Positions 30,510-40,577 of a DNA stretch of 64,000 bases are shown here, piece by piece (position 1 is the first letter of the stretch; the number at the start of each line of letters is the position of its first letter). The DNA lies in assembly GCA_965205675.1 (NCBI GenBank), contig OZ242186.1:1-64000 (forward strand). The letters run 5' to 3'. Made by a program: the position numbers and the translations under genes. The DNA is from Nitrosopumilus sp. (lineage in GTDB: Archaea > Thermoproteota > Nitrososphaeria > Nitrososphaerales > Nitrosopumilaceae). The notes under the pieces are model-generated. The model did no database searches. It was not told the DNA's origin and saw only the letters and a program-made list of their open reading frames with translations.

Positions 30510-30990
30510 TTTGAGATCTAACAAACCAAATGTTAACAATTGAAATGATCTGATAATGTTTGTTAACTAATTGATTTGTTAATATTGACTGCCTAGACCA
30601 TGCCTAGCCCATTTTTTGTTATTAACAATTAATCTAACATGAAGCTCTTAAATTAAGAAATGTCTATGACTGGAGTGGAAATAAAGGGGTCATTTATAGC
30701 ATATTCACATTGTTAACATCCATCTTAACGCCTGGAGTGGAAATAAAGGGGTCAAAATAGCCTTTTTTGTTATTTCTTAACAACAATTTAACAAAAATGT
30801 TAACTATATTAATTTCAGGCATACCCACACACCAATATTTCCACTCTGTTTTTTCTTTAATTTTTTTTAAAAAGAAAATCTAAAACTAACTAAAAATAAT
30901 TACTTACAAACTAAACTACTATTACTATTCTATACTATACTCTCTTTATTCAGATATGATTGTGTTATTATTGAAAGGAAACAAAGGTGT
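30510..30990. other. Probable replication origin (oriC)
   Basis: Intergenic region upstream of cdc6; two identical 23-bp ORBs CTGGAGTGGAAATAAAGGGGTCA (30670, 30732), an inverted partial ORB (about 30836-30848) and AT-rich tracts. Confidence 0.9.
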
Positions 30991-32199
30991 GTGAGTATGT
31001 CTGATCCGATAGATAGATTTCTTGATGCAGCAGAACTTGGAAACTCAATTATTAAAAATCGAGATATTCTGCATTTTACATACATTCCAAAAACTATCTT
31101 GCATAGAAATTCTGAACAAGAACAAGTAACTCAATCACTATTGCCCATTCTAAAACAATCTAGGCCTTCTAATCTTTTGGTTTATGGAAAACCTGGAACA
31201 GGCAAAACTTTGGTTGTAAAAAAAGTAATTTTTAAAATTCAAGAAAGGGTAAAAAAATCAAACTTTCCAATTAGACTTGTATATTCAAATTCCAAAGAAG
31301 AGACCACACTGTACGGATTATTAGTCAATCTAGGTAGACAATTAGGTCTAAATGACAAAGAATTGCCCACAACTGGACTGGCAATCAGTGAAGTTTTCAA
31401 AAGACTCCTAAACAGGATTGATGAGGAGAAATTAAATGCAATTTTTGTAATTGATGAAATCGACTATCTTGCTCAACTAGTAGCAAAAACAGGCAAGGAT
31501 ATTCTCTATCAACTCACTAGAGCAAATGAGCGTCTAAAACAAAGTTCCTTGACCTTGGTAGGAATATCAAACGACTTGACATTCAAAGAAAAACTTGATC
31601 CTAAAGTAATTAGCAGTCTTGGAGAAGAGGAGATTGTCTTTACCAACTATAATGCTGAGCAAATCAAAAAAATCCTACAAGAAAGAATCAATGAATCTTT
31701 TGTTGAAGATTCTGTAGATGAATCGGCTCTAAATCTATGTGCAGCTCTGGCAGGTGGGGAACACGGTGACGCTCGTAGAGCAATTAATTTGATTCGTGTG
31801 GCAGGCGAACTAGCTGAACGACAACAATCAAAGAAAGTCACAAATGAGCATGTAAGAGAAGCATCTCAGAAAATAGAAGAAAATAAAGAGGAAACAACTC
31901 TCAAAGCATATCCACTTCATGAAAAACTAGTTCTTATTGCAACAATGAAGGCTAATGGTTCTTCAACAGGAGAAATCTATACTTTATACAAAACCCTCTG
32001 TAAGAGGGTCGGACAAGACGCATTGACTCAGAGACGTATTACACAAATGCTTAGTGAAATTGCATTATCTGGGATTATTTCTGGCAGGTTAGTACATCAA
32101 GGAATTCATGGTAGGACAAAAAAATACAAACTTACAATATCCACTGAAATGATAAAAAAGACATTCAAAGATGATCTAAATTTGCAAGACGTTATCTGA
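30991..32199 (+). CDS. cdc6: Orc1/Cdc6 replication initiator
   Basis: YGKPGTGKT, IDEID, GISN, GDARRA, C-terminal wH with GRT. Confidence 0.96.
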   Translation: MSMSDPIDRFLDAAELGNSIIKNRDILHFTYIPKTILHRNSEQEQVTQSLLPILKQSRPSNLLVYGKPGTGKTLVVKKVIFKIQERVKKSNFPIRLVYSNSKEETTLYGLLVNLGRQLGLNDKELPTTGLAISEVFKRLLNRIDEEKLNAIFVIDEIDYLAQLVAKTGKDILYQLTRANERLKQSSLTLVGISNDLTFKEKLDPKVISSLGEEEIVFTNYNAEQIKKILQERINESFVEDSVDESALNLCAALAGGEHGDARRAINLIRVAGELAERQQSKKVTNEHVREASQKIEENKEETTLKAYPLHEKLVLIATMKANGSSTGEIYTLYKTLCKRVGQDALTQRRITQMLSEIALSGIISGRLVHQGIHGRTKKYKLTISTEMIKKTFKDDLNLQDVI

Positions 32200-33621
32200 G
32201 TTTAAACTGTAATTTTGATGGAAAACTTGGAAAGTTTTTAGATTAACAATTATAGCAATACCCGGATTTGGGGTCATTCCTACACTGGCCTGAAACGGTG
32301 TCTGTTTTTGCCAAGAACCAGAATTTATCAACAAAATTCCCTTGTACATATCCAACTGGGCTCTATGTACATGACCTACATGAAAAATATCTGGAATATC
32401 TTGAATTACTAAAAGATCCTCCATTTCGGGCGCTATTGGTGTCTGACTGCCATAAATTGGACTAAGATGTCTTGCTCTAAGTAGATGTTTCATTACATTT
32501 GTAGGTCTATCATAACTAAGACCCGGTGTAGTCTTTACAATATCATCTATACTTTGCCCATGAAACATTGAAACTATTACTCCATTTAGTGAGACCACAG
32601 CTGGATTACCTACCATTATCACATTTTCTCTTTCCCATAAACTCGAATTGTATTTTTTTGGTATAGCTGGCTGTGGCAATGCTCTTCTACCAGGATCATG
32701 GTTTCCTGGCATCATGATGATTTTTACATTTTTTGGGATTTTATCTATCAAATCCTCTGCTTTTGTTAATTGCTCTTGGATAGTCTGACAAACCAATTCT
32801 TTATTCTGGTTTGGGTATATTCCAACTCCATCTACCACATCTCCGCCAATTAAGACAAATCTAATTTTTCTTGCTACAGGATCTGGACTTGATATCCACG
32901 AAACAAATTCTGAGAATTCATCCTCCATGAAATATTTACTTCCAATATGCAAGTCAGAAAGAAATACTGCATAGACATCACTTTCTGATTTGTTTTTTAC
33001 TTGTTCTGGAATGTCTGGCAGAATTAACTCCTTGATGATATGCCCCGAATTTTTTGCAGAGCCTATTCTTGCCATGACAAATTGGTCTATTAGCAAAGTA
33101 CCTGCAGTTTTTTGCAATTCCTTATCAAAAATTATGCCCTCAAATGAGCCTGATGGATCCTCTAAAACTATCTTAGTAACATTTCTTTCAGAATTTCTAA
33201 CACTAACTAATCCACATACATACGAATCATCATCAATTTTTGTACTTTTCAGAGAAGCTGCAGATTTTAACATTTTTGACTCTGGTCTGTTTGAAATGAT
33301 TCGTTTGAGCTTGTTAAAACGGCTAGAAAATAAGGCATTGTATCCTTTAACTCCCTCCCCTGATGTGATCTTCCCAGTTGGATCTGATAACACATTGACT
33401 TCACTTTGTAATGATGAATCTTCTTTAATTCCAAGATATGTCTCTAAATCATCTTGATTAATCTGAAATAATTTCTGTCTAGTCTTTTCTCTTATTATTT
33501 CTTTGATAATTTTCTCTAATTTTTTTACATCTATGTTTTCTAAAATCTTAAAAGCATCTGGATGAATCTGAAATCCTTTGTTTAGTGCATAGTTTAATGC
33601 AAAGGAGAGTTCCTTCTTCAT
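32176..33621 (-). CDS. polB: DNA polymerase D small subunit DP1
   Basis: SDLHIGS, GDVVDG, PGNHD, HG, RHLSP, GHVH phosphoesterase motifs. Confidence 0.95.
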   Translation of the reverse strand: MKKELSFALNYALNKGFQIHPDAFKILENIDVKKLEKIIKEIIREKTRQKLFQINQDDLETYLGIKEDSSLQSEVNVLSDPTGKITSGEGVKGYNALFSSRFNKLKRIISNRPESKMLKSAASLKSTKIDDDSYVCGLVSVRNSERNVTKIVLEDPSGSFEGIIFDKELQKTAGTLLIDQFVMARIGSAKNSGHIIKELILPDIPEQVKNKSESDVYAVFLSDLHIGSKYFMEDEFSEFVSWISSPDPVARKIRFVLIGGDVVDGVGIYPNQNKELVCQTIQEQLTKAEDLIDKIPKNVKIIMMPGNHDPGRRALPQPAIPKKYNSSLWERENVIMVGNPAVVSLNGVIVSMFHGQSIDDIVKTTPGLSYDRPTNVMKHLLRARHLSPIYGSQTPIAPEMEDLLVIQDIPDIFHVGHVHRAQLDMYKGILLINSGSWQKQTPFQASVGMTPNPGIAIIVNLKTFQVFHQNYSLNSDNVLQI

Positions 33622-33676
33622 ATTAAAAAACACAATTTGGTTTAATTAAATCTGCGCCCACATCAACCCTCAAATA

Positions 33677-34240
33677 ATGTTCAAGAGGTATGGCAATGTG
33701 AATAAAATTAGAATAATTACATTTTTTGTATTTTTAGGACTGTTTGCAACTGCATATCAAATAGGTTCAATGTCTACAGTGACTGAAGAAGAAGCAAATG
33801 CCTTCATGGCAGAATTTGAAGAACTTGTTTTAGACATTGATGCATTTGGAATATTCACTCATAATACAACCATAGCTCTACCAATGTTTATTCCGGGATT
33901 TGGTGTTGCGTGGGGGCTTTTCTCTGCATGGTCTACTGGGTTTGCTTTTGCTGCAATAGTACTAACTGCGCCCCAACTTAATGAGATTCCTCCACTTTCG
34001 ATTCTTTTATTGTCTCCATTTGGATTAATGGAACTAGTTGCATATTCTATTGGAATTTCTAGAAGTTTTATTTTGATTAAAGCAATTGTGAAAAAAACTG
34101 GTTTGGCCCCACTTGTCAAACCAACAATAATTGAAATTGGAATTGTTGTAAGCCTTCTTTTAGCTGGAGGGTATCTTGAATTTTACATGATAGAATTAGC
34201 ACAAGAAGAAGGGCTAATAGATAACATGTCTGGCTTCTAA
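33677..34240 (+). CDS. SpoIIM/DUF95-like membrane protein
   Basis: IFTHN..PGFG..PFGLMEL..LE; multiple TM helices. Confidence 0.8.
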   Translation: MFKRYGNVNKIRIITFFVFLGLFATAYQIGSMSTVTEEEANAFMAEFEELVLDIDAFGIFTHNTTIALPMFIPGFGVAWGLFSAWSTGFAFAAIVLTAPQLNEIPPLSILLLSPFGLMELVAYSIGISRSFILIKAIVKKTGLAPLVKPTIIEIGIVVSLLLAGGYLEFYMIELAQEEGLIDNMSGF

Positions 34241-34645
34241 TTTAGATGATAAATTTTTGCGTAAAGGAAAGTATATCTGAATTATGGCGAAATTGAAAGT
34301 TCAAGCAGATCTGATACATCAATTAGCTTTTTTGTAAGATTAATTGAAGAAAGTAAAGATCCATTAGTTTATGGGTTTACAGACAGAATCACAACATGAG
34401 ATGATGCCTATAAAATAATTTACACAATAAAATTATCTGCTTTACCAAAGATTACTTTACAAACAGTTCTATACTCAATAACAAAAATTCGTCACCCTAT
34501 TCTGAACTCGATTTACGTACATTGTAGATTCAAGTTTAAATTTCAGGAATTAGTATAGTTTGGAAGATTTTGGGTCATGAATATTTGTTAGACAGTATAC
34601 AACATCTGATAACTTTACCTTTGATGATGTACAAAATACAGGCAA

Positions 34646-35359
34646 TTAATTTTCCCATTGCCATCTATAATTCATGTATGAATCAAGGCTTACTTGGTTA
34701 AACACCATTACAGATAAGTCAGAAAATTCTTTTAATTCTAATTCTTGCACCGTTCCTTCAAAACTTGTCTCATTTTCAGTTGTTATTGCTTCAAACACAT
34801 GCACTTTCATCTTACGAGTTTCAAAATTATGCATTCGAAGATAAATCGCTATTTCAGAAGGCATGAAGTGCTTTTCTGGTTGTTTCGGCCAAGGTCTTGG
34901 AACTAAAACTACACTAAAACCATCAATCAATGCTTTCTGCAGCTCTAATTTTTTATCTTCTATAGGAGTTGTAACATGCATAGTAATCACTTTGGATTTA
35001 TCTAGAGGAACTTTTGCCCTTGATGCAGCTACTTGAATTGAACTAATACCTGGAATGATTTCAACTTCTCCAAAAATCTCTATTAATCTATCAACTACTT
35101 CTGATTCTGAAAAATTTACATCTCCTGTGAATGGTATTACTAATGTTTTGTCCTCAAGTTCTGGAAGAATTTTCTGATAAGAATCTTCTTGATCATTCAT
35201 AGTAACTTCATAGATTTCTTTTCCAACTATCAAATCTTCAATTGTTTTTAATGTATACTTGTAACCAATAACAACATCACAATTTCGAATTATTTCTCTT
35301 ACAATTTCTGTTATATATTCTGGAGAACCAGGTCCAACACCTACTGCATACACTTTCAA
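34646..35359 (-). CDS. cbiE: Precorrin-6Y/cobalt-precorrin-7 C5-methyltransferase
   Basis: VGVGPGSPEYIT, TGD, IPGISSIQVAASR tetrapyrrole methylase motifs. Confidence 0.82.
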   Translation of the reverse strand: MKVYAVGVGPGSPEYITEIVREIIRNCDVVIGYKYTLKTIEDLIVGKEIYEVTMNDQEDSYQKILPELEDKTLVIPFTGDVNFSESEVVDRLIEIFGEVEIIPGISSIQVAASRAKVPLDKSKVITMHVTTPIEDKKLELQKALIDGFSVVLVPRPWPKQPEKHFMPSEIAIYLRMHNFETRKMKVHVFEAITTENETSFEGTVQELELKEFSDLSVMVFNQVSLDSYMNYRWQWEN

Positions 35360-35361
35360 TT

Positions 35362-35853
35362 TTATTTTGTAAATTTTTGTCTGTCTTTAATGTATTGCAC
35401 AAAAGGTTCCCAATCAACTTTCATGTATTTTGTAGGCTCTTTTACAGGATATTTTACCCAATCTTGTGCTATTGAATATTGAAATTTCTCATCTTTTCCA
35501 TCTTTTTGATATTCTAACTGTAATGAACTTCCCCAATCTCTCTCCGTGAAACTTATGTTGGATATATCATCAAATCGTAATTCAATATTTCTATCATCCT
35601 CACTATCATTCATCAAATCTTTTTCGTTGTACCCGTCATGACGAATCATTATATTTTTTGATTTGATAAAATTAATTACTTGTCTTTGAGTGATAGCTTT
35701 CCACCAATTCATTTTAGATTCTGTTTTATGAACAAACATTAAATGTTTGTCAGTTAATACCAACATGCCTTCTTTACCACCAATCGAAAACATTTTTTTT
35801 GATTCTCTCCAAACTGAAACTAAATGTGCCTGAATCTCTTCATCAGGTTCCAT
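35362..35853 (-). CDS. Hypothetical protein (PH-like fold possible)
   Basis: GMLVLTDKHLMF pattern. Confidence 0.7.
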   Translation of the reverse strand: MEPDEEIQAHLVSVWRESKKMFSIGGKEGMLVLTDKHLMFVHKTESKMNWWKAITQRQVINFIKSKNIMIRHDGYNEKDLMNDSEDDRNIELRFDDISNISFTERDWGSSLQLEYQKDGKDEKFQYSIAQDWVKYPVKEPTKYMKVDWEPFVQYIKDRQKFTK

Positions 35854-35926
35854 ACTAGTTCATTTATCAGACTTTGTTAAAAACTAATACAATTAGCTTT
35901 TAAGTGAGCATTTACGGGGAAAATTA

Positions 35927-37414
35927 TTGAATAAAACATATTTGATTTTATCTTTTTCAGCACTGTTAATTGGTTTTGGAAATAATGCGTTTGCTCAATT
36001 CGATGATAAATTAGCAGTTTTAGAAACAAATCTTGGAACTATTATAATAGAATTTTTCCCTAACGATGCACCAAAACATGTTGATAATTTTATTGGCTTG
36101 ACTGAGTCAGGATTTTATGATGGTGTATTATTCCATAGAATTATTCCAGGATTTATGATTCAAGGTGGAGATCCTAATACAATTGATGGCGATCCAAACA
36201 CTTGGGGAATTGGTGGACCAAGTACAAGCGTAGATGCTGAATTTAACACAATCAAACATAATCGTGGAATAGTTTCTATGGCAAGATCAGCTGATCCTAA
36301 CAGTGGAGGTTCTCAATTTTTTATTGTTCATGCAGACTCTAATTTTCTAGATCAACAATACACTGTATTTGGTAGAGTTGTTACTGCTGAAAGTTTAGAA
36401 ACTTTAGATAAAATTGCATTAGTTGAAACTGGTACTGGAGATAATCCATTAGATCCTGAACAAGTTAGACTTGTAAAAGCTACTATAGTTAACCATTCTG
36501 AAATTTCAAATCTTCTTGATTTAGAAGAACCAGAACGTGTAGAATCTGTTGCAATTCCACCAATTGGTAATCAAAAATTTGAAAGTATCGAACATAAAAT
36601 TTCACTCAGTATACCTGAAGGTTGGATGTTACAAGAAGGAGAAAAAACTGCAGAAGATTCCCCTAATTTTGTAGCAGTTGGGCCAAAAATAGGCATAATG
36701 AATCCAAATATTTCACTAACAGTTCAAAACACAAACGGAAAAACATTTGATGAAATAATATCTGAAAAAATTGATATGTTAAAAGAAATTAAAGAATCTG
36801 GAAACTTAAAAATAATTTCACAAGATAAAGTAACAATTAATGAAAATGATGCATTTGTAACTGATGCACAAGGAATATTTTTTTCTAATAGTTCAGACTT
36901 TAATGTACAATTCCGTGAAGTAATTTTTTATTACAATGAAAAATACTATATCATTGCATATGCAAATGGAATAGATGAATTTGATTCCCAACTCCCAAAA
37001 TTTGAGGAAACAATTGATTCATTCCAACTTTTATCTGAAGAGGAGGATGTAGGTGGATGTTTGATTGCAACAGCTACATTTGGTTCAGAACTAGCTCCAC
37101 AAGTTCAACAATTAAGAGAACTACGAGATAATACAATCTCATCAACAAAGTCTGGAACTGCATTCATGACAGGCTTTAACCAATTCTACTATTCATTTTC
37201 ACCTGTAATTGCTGATTTAGAACGTGAAAATCCTCTTTTCAAAGAAGCTGTTAAATTATCAATTACCCCAATGCTATTGACATTATCAATTCTAAATTAC
37301 GCTGAAATTAATTCTGAAGAAGAAATGCTATTCTATGGAACTGGAATAATTTTGATGAATATTGGAATGTATTTTGCAGCACCTATAATAATTATCTATA
37401 AAATTAGAAAATAA
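35927..37414 (+). CDS. Exported cyclophilin-type PPIase with PsbP-like and CFI-box-CTERM domains
   Basis: FHRIIPGFMIQGGDP, SMAR, SQFFI, YTVFG; GGCLIATATFGSELAPQVQ. Confidence 0.92.
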   Translation: MNKTYLILSFSALLIGFGNNAFAQFDDKLAVLETNLGTIIIEFFPNDAPKHVDNFIGLTESGFYDGVLFHRIIPGFMIQGGDPNTIDGDPNTWGIGGPSTSVDAEFNTIKHNRGIVSMARSADPNSGGSQFFIVHADSNFLDQQYTVFGRVVTAESLETLDKIALVETGTGDNPLDPEQVRLVKATIVNHSEISNLLDLEEPERVESVAIPPIGNQKFESIEHKISLSIPEGWMLQEGEKTAEDSPNFVAVGPKIGIMNPNISLTVQNTNGKTFDEIISEKIDMLKEIKESGNLKIISQDKVTINENDAFVTDAQGIFFSNSSDFNVQFREVIFYYNEKYYIIAYANGIDEFDSQLPKFEETIDSFQLLSEEEDVGGCLIATATFGSELAPQVQQLRELRDNTISSTKSGTAFMTGFNQFYYSFSPVIADLERENPLFKEAVKLSITPMLLTLSILNYAEINSEEEMLFYGTGIILMNIGMYFAAPIIIIYKIRK

Positions 37415-38773
37415 CTACCAAACATCATCTACTTCATCAAGTAGTTTGTATTCTTTTTCAGGTTCACGTTTCATTAGTTTTAGTCTGGAAATATCTCTAT
37501 CAAAGAACAAATCTATTGTCCAATCAAGAAACACACGAATTTTTTTATCGAATGTTGTAATCTTTGAAAGGTATACATTTCTCCAAATTAACCAAGCCCA
37601 AAATCCTGAAATATTCATTCCCAAAAAGGTAGCAATACCTGATCTTTTTCCAATTATTGCCATCTGTCCTTTGGAATGATAAACGAATTTTTCTTTTTTC
37701 GAATTTTTAATCAACGATGTTAAATTTTTAGCAGCAACTTTTGCTTGAGCTTCTGCGATCTGAGCAGTTGGAGGTAACGGTCGTTGTGTTTCAGGATCTA
37801 TATGTAATGCACAATCTCCAATCACAAATACTCCGGAAAAATCTGAAACTTCCAAATAATTATTTACTACAACTTTTCCTTTTTCTGTCTTAAACATTGA
37901 TCTCTTTATCGTATTAACTGGCGTAACCCCTGCAGTCCAAATCAAAGTCTTTGTAATTATTGAATTGATTTTAGACGAATCAATTGAATCCTTTGGATAT
38001 TCATCTAATGATTTGGTAGTAACTTCGTTTCCATCAAAACTAGTAACAGTTGTTTTTAATCTGATGTCAATTCCACGCTCTATCATCTTGTCTTTTGCAA
38101 AATCAGCTAGTTTTTGATTAAATCCAGGTAAAATCACACCTAGAGCCTCCAACACAATCACCTTAAGATCTTCCTTGTGAATTGTAGGGTAGTGTTTTCT
38201 TGCATCTAAAAGAAAATCCATTAATTCTCCCGCTGTCTCAATACCCGCAAATCCTCCTCCCACGACAACAAAATTCAAGAAACTCTTTCTTAGTATTGGA
38301 TTTGTTTCATTCTCTGCCTTTTCTAGCATATCTATTACTCGATTCCTTAGCATTACAGCATCATTGAGTGTCTTCATGGTGTATGCATTTTTTTCAACAT
38401 CTGCCATTCCAAAAAAGTTAGTCTCACTACCTAATGCAACAACTAAGAAATCATAATGTATTGAAATACTTCTTTTGTCCCTAGTTCCCCATAACGTTAC
38501 AAGCTTTCCATATGGATCAATATTTTTAATTCTACTTTCATAGAATTTTATTTTTTTACAAACTGTTCTAATTGGTAAAATAATATGTCTAGTTTCGATC
38601 ATTCCAGAAGCAACTTGTGGCAACATCGGAGTAAATAAAAGAAAATTATCTTCACTTACCATGACCAATTCAATTTCAGGATCATCCCCAAATTCTAATT
38701 CTAATTCTCTAGCACATTTTACTCCTGCAAAACCCCCACCTAAAATTACAATTTTTCTCTTGTTTTTTACCAA
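37415..38773 (-). CDS. Type II NADH dehydrogenase-like flavoprotein
   Basis: Two GGGFAG motifs, FTPMLP, WTAG, PPTAQ.A, KGQMAIIG. Confidence 0.88.
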   Translation of the reverse strand: MVKNKRKIVILGGGFAGVKCARELELEFGDDPEIELVMVSEDNFLLFTPMLPQVASGMIETRHIILPIRTVCKKIKFYESRIKNIDPYGKLVTLWGTRDKRSISIHYDFLVVALGSETNFFGMADVEKNAYTMKTLNDAVMLRNRVIDMLEKAENETNPILRKSFLNFVVVGGGFAGIETAGELMDFLLDARKHYPTIHKEDLKVIVLEALGVILPGFNQKLADFAKDKMIERGIDIRLKTTVTSFDGNEVTTKSLDEYPKDSIDSSKINSIITKTLIWTAGVTPVNTIKRSMFKTEKGKVVVNNYLEVSDFSGVFVIGDCALHIDPETQRPLPPTAQIAEAQAKVAAKNLTSLIKNSKKEKFVYHSKGQMAIIGKRSGIATFLGMNISGFWAWLIWRNVYLSKITTFDKKIRVFLDWTIDLFFDRDISRLKLMKREPEKEYKLLDEVDDVW

Positions 38774-39134
38774 TTACACTCTTCTCATAATTTATATGAA
38801 TATATGCTCAACTGATCCCAACACAAACCATTTAGGCAAATTTTGATGATCATTTAGATCTACGAACAATGTCATTTAGAACAATTCTATGCAATTTACA
38901 GAACTAACAAACAAGCAATGAAATATGTTGCAATTACATTTGCCAAAACCAGCTAAAACTGGCCAGACCTAGAGCCGATGACAGGATCACCATCAATCCA
39001 ATAATGTTTGTGTTAATTACAGGTTGCAGGTGGATTGACCTACCTGTGCAGTACAGTTCCAAATCATCCGCACATAGGAGATTTCAGGATTTCCAGCAAA
39101 AGGGAATATGGAAAAAGATTCTCAAATATGTAAT

Positions 39135-39244
39135 GGTTTCTTCCTAATCTGTTTGTTTGTAATCTTTTTTGGAGCCGAGTATTTACGAACCTTGGAACTG
39201 CTAGACTCATTTTTTATGCTATCTGATTTCCTTGCTTTCTTATT
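39135..39244 (-). pseudogene. 5' stub of a second IS110 transposase (type B)
   Basis: Identical by eye to 62208-62317. Confidence 0.75.
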
Positions 39245-40577
39245 CACATATCCATGTGAATCCCTTTTAACTATTGTCGGTATTTTTGCCATATTAATTA
39301 CAGCTTACGCTAATACACTCATACTTTCAATCACAGATGAAACCAGACACATATCCATTCGGGGTTCTCCCCCAGTACCATCTTCATCCATTTATTAGGT
39401 GAAACCGCGGTTATAGTTTCGAGGTATTATGCATCCTCAATGTGAAAACGCGGCCAAACTCCTAACTGTAATGTTTTACAAATTATTGATGACATTGAAT
39501 AAATTCTCTCCTCTCTTTTAGCATCCAATAAATGACACGCAATAACTTTGATGCAGCAGCAACTGCTGCCTTTGAGGTCCCTCTCTTTTTCTTAATGCGA
39601 TTATAAAATTTTGTAATGTCGCTATCTAGTGCGTATCTAACATGTGCATGAATTGCCTCCACTAGCAACCATCTTAGCATGGTGCTTCCTCTCTTTGTAA
39701 TTCTTCCGTGATGTATTGTATCTGCAGAATTTCTCACCGATGGAACAATCCCTGCATATGCACATAACTTGTGAGAATTTGAAAATCTACTAATCTCTGC
39801 AATTTCTGAGAATATGCTCAATGCAGTGTATGGTCCAACTCCAGGTGTGGATGTCAAAATACACACACCAGGATTATCATTTACCATGCGACGTATCATG
39901 GAATCTATCTTTGCAACCTCCTTTTTGTGAAATTTTATGCTTTGTAGGTACGAATCTATTCTATAACTCTCCAATTTTCCAAGTGCACGTATGTGTTCTG
40001 AGGAAAATGGTGTTGCTTTGATATGGATTCCCTCCTGTAGTGTAATACCATGTATGGAATTCTTCATCTTTACAATAATGCGCACAATCTTGTGTCGATG
40101 TCTTACAAGCTGTCTGTATTGCACAATTGTGTGATCTGGCACAAATGATTCTGCAATGTATTCCTCGTAGCAAATTTGCAAGATGGTACGCATCAATTTT
40201 ATCAGTCTTTTTGAGTGATGATGCTATTATCTTTGTGTTGTATGGATTAGATAGTATAACATCAAGATGTAATTTGTCTGTCATGTGTCTATAAAGGCCA
40301 TACCAGACAGATGATGACTCTAAAACATATTTTGCGTTCTTTGGAATTTTGGATGTAATTTTGCTAATAGCAGAAAAATCACTGGAAATCTTTTTGTTAA
40401 ATAATAATTTGCCAATCTCATCTACTGCTGCCACCTGTACAGAGTTCTTGTGAACATCCAATCCTACAAACATCAAATATTTTTTTTTCAGGAAGGGTAG
40501 TGTGTTTGTTTGCATTTCTTACTTTCTTGATACGAATGCAAGTACCATCTAATTTCCTAGCTGATTTTGGCACATAT
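39245..40577 (-). mobile_element. IS110/IS1111-type element A, copy 1 (frameshifted transposase)
   Basis: MFVGLDVHK, LESS, KTDKIDA (DEDD), PGVG, AYAGIVP..SA; bounded by an ATATGTG direct repeat; exact ends inferred. Confidence 0.9.
39333..39465 (-). ncRNA. Candidate bridge/seekRNA of IS110 element A (copy 1)
   Basis: Two hairpins, each with a large internal loop; loops match element junction sequences. Confidence 0.65.

Noticed and set aside
30670-30754. Two identical 23-bp repeats 39 bp apart as a mini-CRISPR
   Set aside because: Sequence, G-string and position upstream of cdc6 fit ORB elements
34241-34640. 400-bp intergenic stretch with short protein-like frames
   Set aside because: Probably decayed DNA; nothing assignable
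39108-39398. Duplicated plus-strand ORF (also 62172-62471) as a cargo gene
   Set aside because: Antisense to the IS110 leader and non-coding region; the N-termini differ between copies
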